A stretch of 60,508 nt of DNA, counting the filler, from Dugesia japonica (taxonomy: Eukaryota), in the NCBI GenBank assembly GCA_001938525.1. It is 5 parts of 5 records of this genome, joined end to end, with 100 filler letters (N's around TTAATTAATTAA, not from the genome) between each part and the next. Parts side by side here need not be neighbours in the genome. Positions count along the whole stretch, not along the records: positions 1 to 23,342 come from MQRL01619403.1; positions 23,443 to 32,474 come from MQRL01595722.1; 3 more parts are not named here. One strand, given 5' to 3'. A program made the translations under genes and the position numbers. Of this stretch, positions 12,301 through 25,790 are shown piece after piece. How positions within the stretch are numbered: position 1 is the stretch's first letter; each line of letters begins with the position of its first letter. Under the pieces are notes generated by a model. That model was given only the letters and a program-made list of their open reading frames with translations, was not told where the DNA came from and made no database searches.

Positions 12301-14009
12301 TAAATGACGCCTCTCAGAACAATAATATGTGTCACCCGATATGAGTAAAACTTTTGTTGTGCGTACATCACACACGGTAGCCGGACAACGTTCAGAGTAG
12401 TTGAGGATAGAGTTGCTAGGCAATCATCTAATGCGATTATTTGATTTTTTCAGATTTCTTATCACCTAGGCATTATTTAAATAATGTAGATTTGAAAATA
12501 CGAACGGGGAGCGGTAGAAGGAAAAATCCATATCACCTATTTTCGTAATTTTCCCAAGATATAGGAGAGTTTGGGGTTGTCAGTTTAGATTTTAATATTA
12601 ATCCCGTCCCTTATTCTATAATTATTAGTTCAGTTATCGCTATTATTTCGAGTTAACAGTATCAATATTATTATTTTCGGCACGACCGTATAGAGTGTCT
12701 ACTAGGATTAGCCTGATTATCGTCGGGTTGTTATCGGCGTCTATTTAGTATCGGAAAATGTCATTATCAGTCATAGTGTCTTCAATACAATCTGTCTTGA
12801 GAGTTGAGTGTGTTATTATAATAATATTATGGTTAACGCTATTATGGTTATGACCACGAGTCACCATTAGTATTAACCGCACCTGTCGAGATTTCAGTAT
12901 TATTGGCATTACCACTTTATTAGTGTCGCTACCTTACTCATTAAAATCGAAGGGCAATGTCGAGAAATAATTCTCGGGGCCCTCACTAACTTCAGGGATG
13001 ATAACATAAGTATAAGTAACATCCGTTATTTCAGAGTTCGACAAGTAGAATTCCCACTCATTACCCTACCATGATTTACGTCTCTGATTACTAATTAAAA
13101 TTACGTCTAACACCCACCATCAATAAGGAATCAGGACCGGCATTTGTGGTAATCCACTTGGGCTAGGAACCTCATAAGAAAACTTATCAACCGTAAATAA
13201 TTACCCAATTTTTATCCAATGCCAACCGAATTACGTCGTTCATTAAAATGGACAAGTCGATAATGCCAAGCGCCCCAACTAAAACAATTAATTGCTCACC
13301 TCTTAACCCAAGGGTGGGTTGAGTACCCGGGTGAGACTGACATCTACTCCTTTACGGAGATGTTGCCGTTAGAAGAAGGAGTAGAAGTAGTTGACGATTT
13401 ATCACTGTATTAACATAGAATAAATGTTATATGAAACTCTTTTTGACGTTATATAAATTTAATGTTTATATATTTTTCTTTTCTTTGACCCTTTGCTTAG
13501 AAATGGAATCTATTTGNGAACAAGTGATCGATAGAAAGTTNCGCAGGGTAATTTTCCGTCGCCATTATATCCCACATAATAGAGATGCCGGTATCTTGGT
13601 GGATAGGACAAATTTATCACCAATACAGGCTACAGTGGCTCGAATTCTGAATTTCGAGGAGAGGGTACGATTTCTGTAGTGGAACGGCCCTCTACGCAAC
13701 CATGCTACGGCCTTCCGCTACCAACCTCCAGCCCCACCCCCAGTCGTGCAGGCTTTTATATCTAAATTACTCTGGGGTGTGAGGGAGTCAACTGAAGTGA
13801 ACGATGTTGAAAACACTGTTCCTGACATTGATAAAAACACTACTCCACCATACAATCTAACTTACTTTGAAATTAGAATAAATAAGTGTCTCGTTCGTTA
13901 AAGATCTATTTTAAGATTTGCATGCATTTGTTAATAAAAATTCTGATATCTATAGATTAAAATCAAGGAATGTATTGTCGGTCTAGGTAGTCATAATACT
14001 AATATTTTA

Positions 14010-14369
14010 GTGCATTCATCTCTGAACCGTCCTTCAGCTCCTACTAAGAAAATAAGAGACACCAGCGAGGACCAAGAAATCACTTGGGACCTCTATCGCC
14101 TGGCAAAACGACGCTGGGAGGCGGATATTGCCACCGCGAACAGTAGGGTGAACCGATACAAGAAGAAATGCCTGTTCTTTAAGTCTGAAGCCGAGGCATC
14201 TCATAGGCAAGAAAGGGTCTGGAAGACTCAGCTAGAATCTTTTACCGAGATGATTCGGTCCTACCAAGACCGCGAAAACAAATTGGTATGGGACATCCAT
14301 CGATTAAAAGCTGCTATGCCCCTAGAACCATTAATGGTCGACAAGGGTAGCCAGACCTCGCGTCCTTGA
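14010..14369 (+). CDS. Orphan coiled-coil protein exon with C-terminal DKGSQT motif
   Basis: 119-codon open frame after the acceptor attttag. Helical, charged sequence. AATAAA follows at about 14386. Confidence 0.45.
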   Translation: MHSSLNRPSAPTKKIRDTSEDQEITWDLYRLAKRRWEADIATANSRVNRYKKKCLFFKSEAEASHRQERVWKTQLESFTEMIRSYQDRENKLVWDIHRLKAAMPLEPLMVDKGSQTSRP

Positions 14370-14480
14370 TACTTGTAAATTTACAAATAAACGTTTGTTA
14401 TACCTACATTCTTCTGAATTATTCACTTGATTATTTTTTGTCTGTTTTACAGAAATAATTTAATGATTTATCTTCTTTTA

Positions 14481-14864
14481 GTGACACGCATTAATTTTCC
14501 AAACAATCAGCAGAGGTGCCATCGTATCATGCGCCGTCTGTTATTGGAACGGCACTTAAAACGTAAAACTGACCGGGCTATTCTTCAACATTTGGCCCAG
14601 AGAGATAAATTGATAAATAAGTTGGACTTAATAGTAAAGAAACAGGGTGATTTAGCGGCCCAAACCAAGGCCCTGGAAACAGAGACAAAACAATTTTTAC
14701 AGCGAAAAATAGAATTTCTAAAACAGTACATAGCCGATCTTTCCCGCCAAATAGGTAATCCAACTTGGGTCCAGTGGGACGACAATGATGATGTCACCAC
14801 TTTTAATTTTTCGTTAACGGATCCAGCTCAGTGGTTAGACCTAGGAGCCTTGGATCTGTTGTAA
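14481..14864 (+). CDS. Orphan coiled-coil protein exon with acidic/aromatic C-terminus
   Basis: Part of ORF 14427..14864 (MRRLLLERHLKRK...WDDNDD...WLDLGALDLL). AATAAA at about 14876. The 5' boundary is uncertain. Confidence 0.4.
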   Translation: MTRINFPNNQQRCHRIMRRLLLERHLKRKTDRAILQHLAQRDKLINKLDLIVKKQGDLAAQTKALETETKQFLQRKIEFLKQYIADLSRQIGNPTWVQWDDNDDVTTFNFSLTDPAQWLDLGALDLL

Positions 14865-15747
14865 ATGTTTTATAAAATAAATAGCTTTTCGTTAATTGTG
14901 TTTCTCTTCTAATGACTTTGTAAAAATAGGGAAAATGATGAACCCGAATACAAAGGTTTGTGGGCGTGCACCTCCCATTAAGCGAGGGGTCAACCACCAT
15001 AAGCTGAATACCTAACATAGGGGCGTTAGGTTAAATTCTTGAAAGGGTTCCCCTGAGGGCTGTTTTTCCACGATTATCTTCACTCAACTCAGATGGGACC
15101 CCAACAATTCTAAGAATATTGATACCAAATTCAACATCATACGATGATTTTATAATTACAAACTACAACCTCGATTTTTATAAGGAAGAAAGTATTACTA
15201 GACGTTTAACATGAATAAGTTCCCAACCTAATTTTTAATTCTCTATAAAATGAAACCGTTTTCGATCCGAATTAATTAAACTACTGAGGGATATGATTTA
15301 GTGTGACAGTGCATTTTCTAATAAAACCAACAATGTTTTCAGAAAAGTAAAATTAGATTCCTATAGAGTTTTCAATTTCGAGTTCAATGGTGTAAAAATA
15401 TAGTTTTAAAATTTTAATTATTTTATTTATAATTATAACTTATAATTAATTATATAATTATATTTTATTTCTTCAATCATTCATTTTAACTGTAAGTCCA
15501 AACTGAATTGCCAAATAAAACAGAAACTGAAAATTAAACAATAAATTAAATAAAATAAACAAATAATTACAAATTAATCAATAAACTTTTACACATAATT
15601 TATTAATTATAAAATGTTTGTTTTTATGGATAAATTAACATTTTTATTTTAAACACAATTTTAAAAATATATTTGTTATTTTATTATTGTTTTTATTAGA
15701 AAAATAAATTAATTTAATTAATTATTTAAACAGTATTTTCGTACGAA

Positions 15748-17020
15748 ATGGATGACATTTGGGATTTATTGAAAGAATATGATTTTGTATTAACAAATAG
15801 AATTAATATTGATTTTAAGTGTATTTTATGTAAGAAAATATTGATNNNNNNNNNNNNNNNNNNNNNNNNNNNNNNNNNNNNNNNNNNNNNNNNNNNNNNN
15901 NNNNNNNNNNNNNNNNNNNNNNNTTGTCCTGGTTCAACAGATGAATGCAAAGAAGAAAATCTGCATTTGATAAGAAATATAAATATTGATCATTGTTTTA
16001 ATAGGAAAATTGCAAAATTGAAATTGTATTGTCCAATTGAAAATTGTACATTTTCATATCAAATAATCAATATGAAACAACATTTGATTGGTTGTCAAGA
16101 AAATGCAATCAAATGTTCACTTTTTGAGAAAGGATGTCATTTTATCAGTTTATCTGGAGATAATGTTGATAAGCATTATAAAATGACTAAAGATAAACAT
16201 TTAGAATTAGTTCTATCAGAAAATGTAAATATTAACAATACTAATAAACTATTAAAAAAAAGAAGTTTGGAATTAGAATTAGAAATAGAAAAATTACAGA
16301 ATATTAATAAAAAATTAAAATCCGAAAGTGATATTGATAAAGTTCAATTAAAACAAAATCGAGTTAATTTTTCAGTTTATAAATAATAAAATCTTATTTG
16401 ATATTTATTCAGAACACAATTATGCAATGGAATAACAAATACAATGACATATTACTATTAAATAAAATGGTAATTTTTTTTTATTTGAAAATAATATTTT
16501 TTCATTATTTCAGAACAATGAATACCAAGTGAAATATGAAAAAGAAATAATTTCAACAAATAATTTAAAATGGTATTTATGTGAATATTTGAAAAACAGT
16601 TTTACAGAATTCATTTGGAAAATTCCTTACTCTGCTCCACTTCATAATAATTATCTGTTAGGTTTTAATCGAGAGATTTTAAAGCTCGAAAGTGATGAAT
16701 TTTATATTTATAAAAACGACATATCAATGAAATTAAATTTTTTTTCTGATCCATGTACAAATAGTATTAAACGGTATACTTTGTCTGGAAATGCATCCCA
16801 TTACGATCCATCGTTGAATAATTCTTGTCCATTTATTGCTAATATTACTATAGGATTTATCAATAAATCTAGTGGAAACTTTATTTTAAGATTTTACGAA
16901 AAGAAATCATTTGGCAGTTCCGGTATTTCATTTGAAAAGAAAATAAACAATTCCGAAATAGAAAAGGAAATTAAAAATAATCATCTCACTGTGAAATGTT
17001 TAATAAGATTTTCTTTATGA
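15748..17020 (+). CDS. TRAF-like protein (RING, TRAF zinc finger, coiled coil, MATH); exons 15748-16362, 16413-16469, 16514-17020
   Basis: RING CILCKKIL...CPG (partly in an N gap). TRAF-type finger CPIENC...HLIGC. Coiled coil. MATH hallmarks FIWKIP, LESDEFY, PFIANITIGFIN and LTVKC. Two GT-AG phase-0 introns (50 and 44 nt) keep the frame open. Confidence 0.85.
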
Positions 17021-17345
17021 GTTATATTCGATTATTAATGGATTATTACATTAAATTATTTCAATAATTTTTGATGATTCGATAATTATCATTAGATTAT
17101 ATTATAAATCAATAAAAATTCATTTTAATGATTATTATTTTTACAATTACAATTATTACGAGAATAATTGTTGGAATTAACTATTGATTGCATTTGAGAT
17201 TTCATTAAATTAAATTTCAGAAATTCCTGAAGAAAAGAATAGTCGAAAATTCGGATAACCACCAAAACAAAACAACATTTTGATCGAAGCTTTTAATTTA
17301 AAGAAATGAAAAATGAACCAATTTTTAAATATTTACAATCTAAGC

Positions 17346-17684
17346 CATGGGTGGCCTTGAACATTTTTTTGGCCCATGAAATTCATCACACATTTGCAAA
17401 ATATATATATTTTTTTAATTTCATTTATTTTTATATATTTTTTATATTTCCTTTTTAGTGTTATATTTTTTTACAATGTGTGTATAATATCATCATTATT
17501 ATATTATCTATTTTTACATTTAAAAATAATAGTAAACACAATAATGATAACCGATTATGTTACAATTTTTCACTCCAAAAAAAATGTCTAAATCTAATAT
17601 GTGGTTATAATTTTATATGCGGCCCACGGAGTTATGATTCATTTCCAAAGTGGCCTTTAAGATCATTTGGGTTGGCCATCCATG
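17346..17684. mobile_element. hAT-type MITE
   Basis: TIRs catgggtggcc / ggccatccatg. 8-bp TSD atctaagc / atctaaat. Confidence 0.65.
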
Positions 17685-17922
17685 ATCTAAATTATTATTT
17701 CATTTCCTTATTAAAAGGTTATTGTCAATATTTTTGAAAAGAAAATAAATAATTTTACCAATATAAAAAAATATAAAGCAGCTCTTTGCATATATTTATT
17801 CAAAAATGGAGGGGAAATGATTATTATAAGTTAAATCGTGGTTTTCAATATAAATAAACATTTTATTGTCTTTTAATAAAAATGGATCTAACATATTTTT
17901 TCCTCTTCTTAATGCCGTATAT

Positions 17923-18228
17923 CAGTGTTGTCCAAACTTTTTTGAGCCACCGCACATTTGTCTGAAATAAAAATTTTCACGGCACACTAATTTTTTCCTT
18001 TAATTGCAATTTCTTATTGCACTTTTATTAAAGGTTTAAAATATTATTGCAAACAAATTTCGCACTTAATTGACCAATTAATATTTAACATTTAATTAAC
18101 CGTCAAAAATCCCTTATTCAACTTCCTTTAATTAAGTTGTCAAAAAAACAGGGTATTTTTTTACTTTATTTGAAAAATTTCGTGGCACACCTCTGCACTT
18201 GCCACGGTACATGGTTTGGACAACACTT
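17923..18228. mobile_element. hAT-type MITE
   Basis: TIRs cagtgttgtccaaac / gtttggacaacactt. 8-bp TSD ccgtatat / ccctatat. Confidence 0.8.
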
Positions 18229-19128
18229 CCCTATATGATCAAACCTTAACAACAATATTATTAAATAAATTTTAACATTTGAAAATAACAAAACATTAAT
18301 AAGTAAAATAATTAATTATATATAAAATATTAGAAAAATAGTTTTTCCATGAATAAATTAATTTATACTTTAAAAAGATTAGATAAATCTGATAATATTT
18401 AATAATTATCATTTTAGCCATATTAGTGCTAAATTAAAAATGCAATTACACAACATATCTTATTTCTTATTGAAAAAAATTATTCTATTTGTTACCTAGG
18501 AAATTATGACCAACTAATTACTAGTCAATCAATACAAACATGACTAATTAATTTTCTCCACTCTTATGCTCGCCAATTTAACTGCAACCATAAATACTTT
18601 CACTCAGTATCGCAATACTAAATTCAGGCTACTTTAGTGGTCTTGAGCATAAATGGGGTCAAATAATATCTCTGATAATCAAATTCATTATTTTATTACT
18701 GGATTTACAAGGCCACTCAGTTTTTATTGAAAAAAATAATTATAATTCGTAATTTAAAAATATAAAAAATTAAATGTATTATAGAGAAATAACATTAGGA
18801 TTTTTAATGAGATTATTTATTTATTTTAATTCTCTTTAAATTAAATAGTATCGCTTATGTTTATAAATAGCGGAAAGAAAAGCAGACTTTTGATTTAGAA
18901 ATCTATTATTAAATAGTATTTCAAGGTTAAAAATTAATAATTAAAATTAAATATTATGTAAAGATTATTTGAAAAATACTTAATAGAATAAATTAATGTA
19001 TTTGATACAACTAAATGAATAAATAAATAAACTCTTAATATCTTAACTGGATTAATAATAATTATTTGAATAATTAAGTTTAAAGATTAATCAATATTTA
19101 GACTTTAGCATTTTCATATGAAGTAACT

Positions 19129-19960
19129 CCAAAATTGTTTTCACAAATTGATTGAGTATTCCAATGTTTGTAATCAACTGTGATAATAAATTATTTAAAA
19201 TTAAAATTTCTCCAATTATCACATAATATCATTAAATTGATTTTATTTTACAATTACAAATATTGCGAGAATAATTGTTGGATATAACCATTGATCGTTT
19301 TTCAGAATTCATTTAAAATAATAGCTTCGATCAAAATTTGGTTTTTATGGTTTTTGATAATAATTCTATATGTCGACTTTGTTTTCGTCATAAATTGACT
19401 TTTTGATTCATTCAATATTTACTTTTACAATACATAATTTTAATATGTATTTTAATACATAATCAGTAGTATTATTCTTTAATATACTTTATTTTTACTA
19501 AATTTTAATTAGTTAATTTTAAAATTTCTTTTAAAGTTTANNNNNNNNNNNNNNNNNNNNNNNNNNNNNNNNNNNNNNNNNNNNNNNNNNCCAAAATTGT
19601 TTTCACAAATTGATTGAGTATTCCAATGTTTGTAATCAACTGTGATAATAAATTATTTAAAATTTCTCCAATTATCACATAATATCATTAAATTGATTTT
19701 ATTTTACAATTACAATTATTGCGAGAATAATTGTTGGATATAACCATTGATCGTTTTTCATAATTCATTTAAAATAAAAGCTTCGATCAAAATTTGGTTT
19801 TTATGGTTTTTGATAATAATTCTATATGTCGATTTTGTTTTCGTCATAAATTGACTTTTTGATTTATTCAATATTTACTTTTACAATAGTATTATTCTTT
19901 AATATACTTTATTTTTACTAAATTTTAATTAGTTAATTTTAAAATTTCTTTTAAAGTTTA
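19129..19960. repeat. Near-identical duplication either side of an N gap
   Basis: 19129-19540 is repeated at 19591-19960 with small indels. Probably uncollapsed haplotypes. Confidence 0.75.
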
Positions 19961-20899
19961 ATTATTCAATTATTATAAATTACATTTATTTTAGGATTGT
20001 CTTTAATTAGTAATTCTACATAATATTTGTTACGTTAAAACAAATATAAAAAATGTACGAAATTATTATTAAATTTAACAAACATGATTCCGAAATCAAG
20101 AAATGATGCAGTCTATTAAATTGTTAAGCCTAGTAGTAGTAGGAAAACTTTGTTTGTATTCCATTGAGAATTACACTTCCGGAATATACCGTTATCATAC
20201 ATATTATCAAATAATAATAGTAAACTCATAATAAATTTAAATATTCTGTTTGGTAAGACCTGATGATAGTGAGAGTTGTATTTGCCACGAGCTTTTGATA
20301 ACGAGTATTGTGTATGTTTAGATATTCTCCCCGATAATATTGTAATAATTAGAGGTAGTCAAGTTAATTTTTTGAAGTCTGTTAAAGACTTTAAACATTT
20401 TAATAAATTCTAAATTGAAAGTCTGTAATAAACCTATATTAGCGATAGAAATTTTAAATCAGATTTCCCTAATATTTTAATTAATTTATTCTTACTTATT
20501 ATATTATTACTTATAATAAATAAACGAACTTTCATCTACACGCATAGTAATATTTTATCTTTGGAGTCAGATAAATTCTTGTTAGGTACCTACACCCACT
20601 AGGATCTAAGAATATTAACAGTTGAAACCAATTTTTACTATGTAATTATATGAATGAATTAGTGGGTCCTGAAACTTGTTAGTATTAGAATTAATAATTT
20701 TCATGTATTCCGTTCTTTGAGTAATATTAGAATGTGATGTAAGTGACATTCATATTACACTATTCTCACACTTGGACACTTACTTTGTATGTATGCAACA
20801 TATTATTTATTTATCTTGCATACTTCATGTAAATTTAATAACTTGTTTTAATACTTCTATACAATTTTCTAAAAGGTATTATTACTTATTTACAATTTT

Positions 20900-21170
20900 A
20901 TTAAATAATTTGTGACTACTGTGTAATTTCATCAAATAATTTGTGACTACTATGCAATTTCATATAATATTTAAAGACTTCTAGTCAGTTTTAGATTTAT
21001 TTTCCTATTCTTTTACAAAGGATTTTGAAAATATTATCGATAACTATGTAATTTCAGACAATATTTATCGATAACTGTGTAATTTCAGACAATTTCATAA
21101 AAACTTTATCGATTACTATGAATTGTCAGATAATTTCTATTGACTACTACAAAATTTCAAATTAATTCTC
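20900..21170. repeat. Imperfect short tandem repeat array
   Basis: Recurrent gataactgtgtaatttcagacaa / gactactatgcaatttc units. Confidence 0.6.
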
Positions 21171-22284
21171 ACGAGTTTTAGTAAATTTGATCCTTCTCAC
21201 TCTTGTTCTTAATTATCATTTTTCTAACTTAACACAAAGAAACTTAATGAGAATGAAGCGAAACCTAGTTTGAATAAGAAATAATTGAATAAATATTACT
21301 TGCTTGTCCCTGTGTTGCTTTAAGTGGTGAAAATATCAATATGTCCTATATTCAATGTAAAACCCACACTTTCATTATAAAACCCATTTTGTCATGATAG
21401 AACAAGTTTTTCATGAGAAAACGCTCTGTTCTTTATCAAACCTAAATTTTCATGATAAATCCATTATTTTTACGAAAACTCCTGTATTTGCCATCCCCAA
21501 ATCAGTATTTTCATGATAAATCCGGTTTTTCAATGATGAAACTATAACTTTATCTATTGAAACTAATATTTTTAATGATGAAATCAATATTTCTAATGAT
21601 AAGATCAGTATTTTCCATGTTGAAATATTATTCTTGAACAAAGTATCCGAATATAAGGTATTTAAGAGAAAAAGAAACCCCATAAAACCAAAGAGCAAGA
21701 AGGGTTGCCAATGATCAAGCAGAGAACCAAGGAGCAAGCAAAAATCAGGAAGATAATTTATATGATCAAAAAATACTGAAATAGTTATATTTTTTAAATA
21801 AAAAGCATATAATACTAGGTCTCAATCAGTCTTATTGTCTTTTTTATCAATAAATGACACTTTTTAAAGATTATTGAAGTGGGGTCTATGAAAATAAATA
21901 GTGAAAATATGCATTAAAATCTAAAAGAAATAAAAATGGCTAAATATTAGTAAATATAACCAAGTAGTATTGATGAAAACTGGTGGAAAATAAGAGGAAA
22001 TATAGCTAAATATAGCTAAATAAGAGTAATAATTGTTATAATTTTTATGATAATTATTATAAAAAATATTTTAAGTAACACATGAGTAATTGTATAAATA
22101 CGAATTAAAGCCACGGGGGTACTAACCCTTCACCTTAAGGAAAATGTTCGAATGAAACATGAAACATGAAAAATCTCGAGTGAAAAATGTTCGAGTGAAA
22201 AATCTCGAGTGAAATATCTTGAATGAAACATGTTGAATGAAATATTTAAGAGGAAATATTAAATTAATTCTATAGAAAATAGAG

Positions 22285-23305
22285 ATCGCGAAGCTGGCCT
22301 AAGGACAAATGATTGCGCAGAAAAAAGTTATTGAAAAGGAACAAGTAACAAGTGAATTTAGTTACATTAATAAAATCAATACAAGATTTTGATGAAACAG
22401 AAGAGTTGAGTATTAATGAATTACAGGAATATTTAAAAAATGATTTAACAAAAAAAACTGCAGAAGGTTATATGAATTATCTTAATGATTTATATGAAAA
22501 ATTAGAAAAATTAAATTTACCACAAGAAAATAAAAATTTGTTTAAAAAGTTAATAACTATTGTTGNNNNNNNNNNNNNNNNNNNNNNNNNNNNNNNNNNN
22601 NNNNNNNNNNNNNNNNNNNNNNNNNNNNNNNNNNNNNNNNNNNNNNNNNNNNNNNNNNNNNNNNNNNNNNNNNNNNNNNNNNNNNNNNNNNNNNNNNNNN
22701 NNNNNAAATTAAAAGAAAAATTAAAACCAATAAAAGTTGGTGATTATGAATTTAAAATTCATTATTCTGGTGAAAAGAAAAAATTAACTGGTAAAAATTT
22801 TTAATGCTTTAGTTGATAATTTAAATCAAAATAATCTTTCAATAGAAAACTTTAGTCGTATCCCAGCTTTAAAAGAAATTACTGGATTTGATAGAGTATA
22901 TGTCAAAAAAGATTCTAAATAAAATGGATATAGTTTTCTATAAAATGTTAAATGAATATAATTTTAAAAACAACTCAATACAAAATTTTTGTAAAGTTAA
23001 TAATGTTAATGAGAAAACAGTATAAAAATATTTAAAGAAATGGAACATTGAATATAACTCTAGATTATGGGATCCTTCTAGAAATTTACAAAGAAATTCA
23101 CATGGAAGTTTTATTTCTGTAATTGATAGATTTGAAATTAAAAAGGCCCAATTAAAAAAATAAAGGTAAAATTGCTTATGAAAAATTTTTAATAGAAATG
23201 AATAAAGCAAAAAAGTATACAGTAACGTTATGTAATGTAAGGCTTATAGTAAGGCTTATAGTAATGTAATGTAAGGTAAATCGCGAAGCTGGCCTACGGA
23301 CAAAT
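22285..23305 (+). mobile_element. Direct-repeat-flanked cassette with decayed orphan ORFs
   Basis: 26-bp direct repeats atcgcgaagctggccta(a/c)ggacaaat at 22285 and 23280. ORF 22352..22804 and a frameshifted HTH-like frame lie between them. Confidence 0.4.
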
Positions 23306-23342
23306 AAAAAAAACATACTACTAAAATATTTCTTTAAGAAAT

Positions 23343-23442
23343 NNNNNNNNNNNNNNNNNNNNNNNNNNNNNNNNNNNNNNNNNNNNTTAATTAATTAANN
23401 NNNNNNNNNNNNNNNNNNNNNNNNNNNNNNNNNNNNNNNNNN
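23343..23442. other. Artificial contig linker (44N-TTAATTAATTAA-44N)
   Basis: Exactly 100 bp with a six-frame stop 12-mer. Identical structure occurs four times. Confidence 0.95.
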
Positions 23443-24029
23443 AAATATTGTGTTTTGATGATTAAAAAAACAAAATTATATAAATAGTTCGAATAACATT
23501 AACACCCAATTCAGTTAACGGATATTTGAATTAGTTTGGGGGGGAGAGAAGTAGATCCGATTAACTGTTACTTTTTGTTTGAATTAAAAGGGCAGTTACT
23601 AAATGATGATGCAAGACATTTTACTTGCAATGTTGTGTATACCAAATTAATTCAGCAAATTGAATGAACATTAAATTTTACTCCTCTTTTTCTAATCCAG
23701 ACCAAAAATTTTGCAAAATATTTACTCAAATTATTTTTATTTTCATATTAAAACAGTAAAAAAATTCAAAAATTATGGGCTGGATAAAATTAACCTAAAT
23801 AAAAAAATCAGTTGAACACAAATTACATTAACAAAAATATTAAATAAAAAGCAACCGATAACCGTTTGTATTCGATATGTAATGAATAAAAATTAATAGC
23901 AATCTTTTGGCAAAATAAAATTGAAAATACCAATATATTGATGATTTATAACAAAGTTAACAATGAATTAATTGTTAAATTATTATTAATTATTTTTATT
24001 AATAAATAAATTTATTAAGGAAGTTTTTT

Positions 24030-25790
24030 TACGCTGTTNGGATCAAGTTGATGCAGTTAGAAGTTACGCGAGAGTTACAAGTCAAATTATTGGAAATCAG
24101 AAAGTGAGTAAATGTGTGGATCGAAGGAAAGAAAAACGAAAAATCGAATGCTGGATATGTTATAAAATCAGTCATACTAAAGCAAATTGCACAAGGAAAT
24201 TAGTGGCAGAGTGTTTTGAATTGTCATAAAAAAGAATAAGTTGAGTTTGTACAGATAATAATTAACAAAATGTATTGGTTGTGGAAAATGAGGTCACATA
24301 AGAAAGCTATGCCAAGAAGTGATGTGTAAACGATGTGAAAATGGTTGACATATGACAGAAGAGTGCTGCACCAATTTGACAATCCAAAGAACAACTGAGA
24401 CATTTGTGACTTATGGAACGCCANNNNNNNNNNNNNNNNNNNNNNNNGCGATTGCAGATTAAGAAGTCAATACAATCAATGGGTATGAGGTAGTATATGA
24501 AAGTGATTGCAGAATGCAATACTGAAAAGACAGAGCTCCACCAGTAGATGAGCTGGTTGGAGCCATCCATTGTTAAATGAAGTGAGTGATTATTGGCAAG
24601 GGGTTGAAAAGTGGGATAATATATATTTCGTACCATAAATTGCAAGGCAGACCAAGTGATTTATATCAATTCAATGAAATAAAGTTGGATATCTATTAGA
24701 TACAGGTGCTCAAATTAACGTTATGAATTTGAGTGGTCTTAATAAATTACGCTAACTAAATTTAGACATAAGTGATGAAAGATTGTGTTTTGCAAACAAT
24801 ATTACACTTAAAATTTTTGGGAAAGTTAGAACTGGAGTGACAATAGGAGATGTTTGCAAAGAGGTTACTTTTTGAGTTACAGAAACATTGACACCAGATC
24901 TGATTGGAGAAATACATATCCAAAAGATATTTGGATACCAGCTTGTACAAAGGTAGATAGTAAAACGGATGAAAAAGTTGAAAATTACATTTTGTAATAT
25001 TGAAACAAAATTTNNNNNNNNNNNNNNNNTAGGAGAGCGATTAACAAGAGCTTTAAATATTCTGAAGGTTAAAGACGATCAAAGGTTATTGAAAATAATT
25101 GGAAATAAAGAAGATACTTTCATGGCAGATAAATGGGATGTAGAATGCACACATCTGACAAAACACAAAATAGTTCATGGCTATGAAATTTGTCAGTAGA
25201 CCAAATTAGTGATGACAGCAACTAACGATAATACAAATAGATTAAAAATCATGAATATTTGTAGTAATAGTCACTAATATATGTAGGACAATTCGGGAAA
25301 AAAGTGACTGGAAAAATACATTCTTGGAATGATAGACTAGTTTAGTAAATATTAGGTTCTTATAGTGTTGCCTAGACAAGACGAAGAAACAATACAAACA
25401 GCAAATTTTATGAAGTGGATATTGAAATTTTGATGTCCAAGTGAGATAAAACTAGATAATGGAAAAGTCTTTGATTTTAGAGTTATGATGGAGTTTGTAC
25501 AGAAGCTTGATATTAAACTTTGCCTTGCGAGTAACTATCATTACAATGCCAATGAACAAATTGAAAGACAGTTTAGAACAATTGAAAAGTTAATTAATAC
25601 CACACTTTATGAGAGAAAAACATCAGATTAGACAGACTTATTACCGGAAATAGAATTTAAGATAAACGCCACAAAGCAGAAGTTGACTAGCAAAAGACCA
25701 GCTGAGATCGTGTTTGGAAAGAAAATTAGCAGAGAAAAGTGGTACGAGTCAGCCGTTTCAGAGAAAAGTAAAGAAACCATTTCAGAAGGG
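24030..25790 (+). mobile_element. Ty3/Gypsy remnant (gag, protease, RT start, integrase)
   Basis: CWICYKISHTKANC and CIGCGK*GHIRKLC knuckles; YLLDTGAQINVM; KWDVECTHLTKHKI; integrase CPSEIKLDNGKVF, NEQIERQFRTI and PAEIVFG. Confidence 0.85.

Larger units (their letters stand above)
11300..15090 (+). mobile_element. GC-richer element of unknown class carrying spliced orphan ORFs
   Basis: Composition shifts away from the AT-rich flanks. Several short ORFs are preceded by splice acceptors and followed by AATAAA. No recognisable domain. Confidence 0.35.

Noticed and set aside
19129-19960. Tandem duplication as a ribozyme dimer
   Set aside because: It flanks an N gap, is near-identical, and both cores are mutated. 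Most likely an assembly or haplotype artefact.
20255-20300. cctgatga hammerhead-like start
   Set aside because: No GAAA or UH and no convincing stem I.
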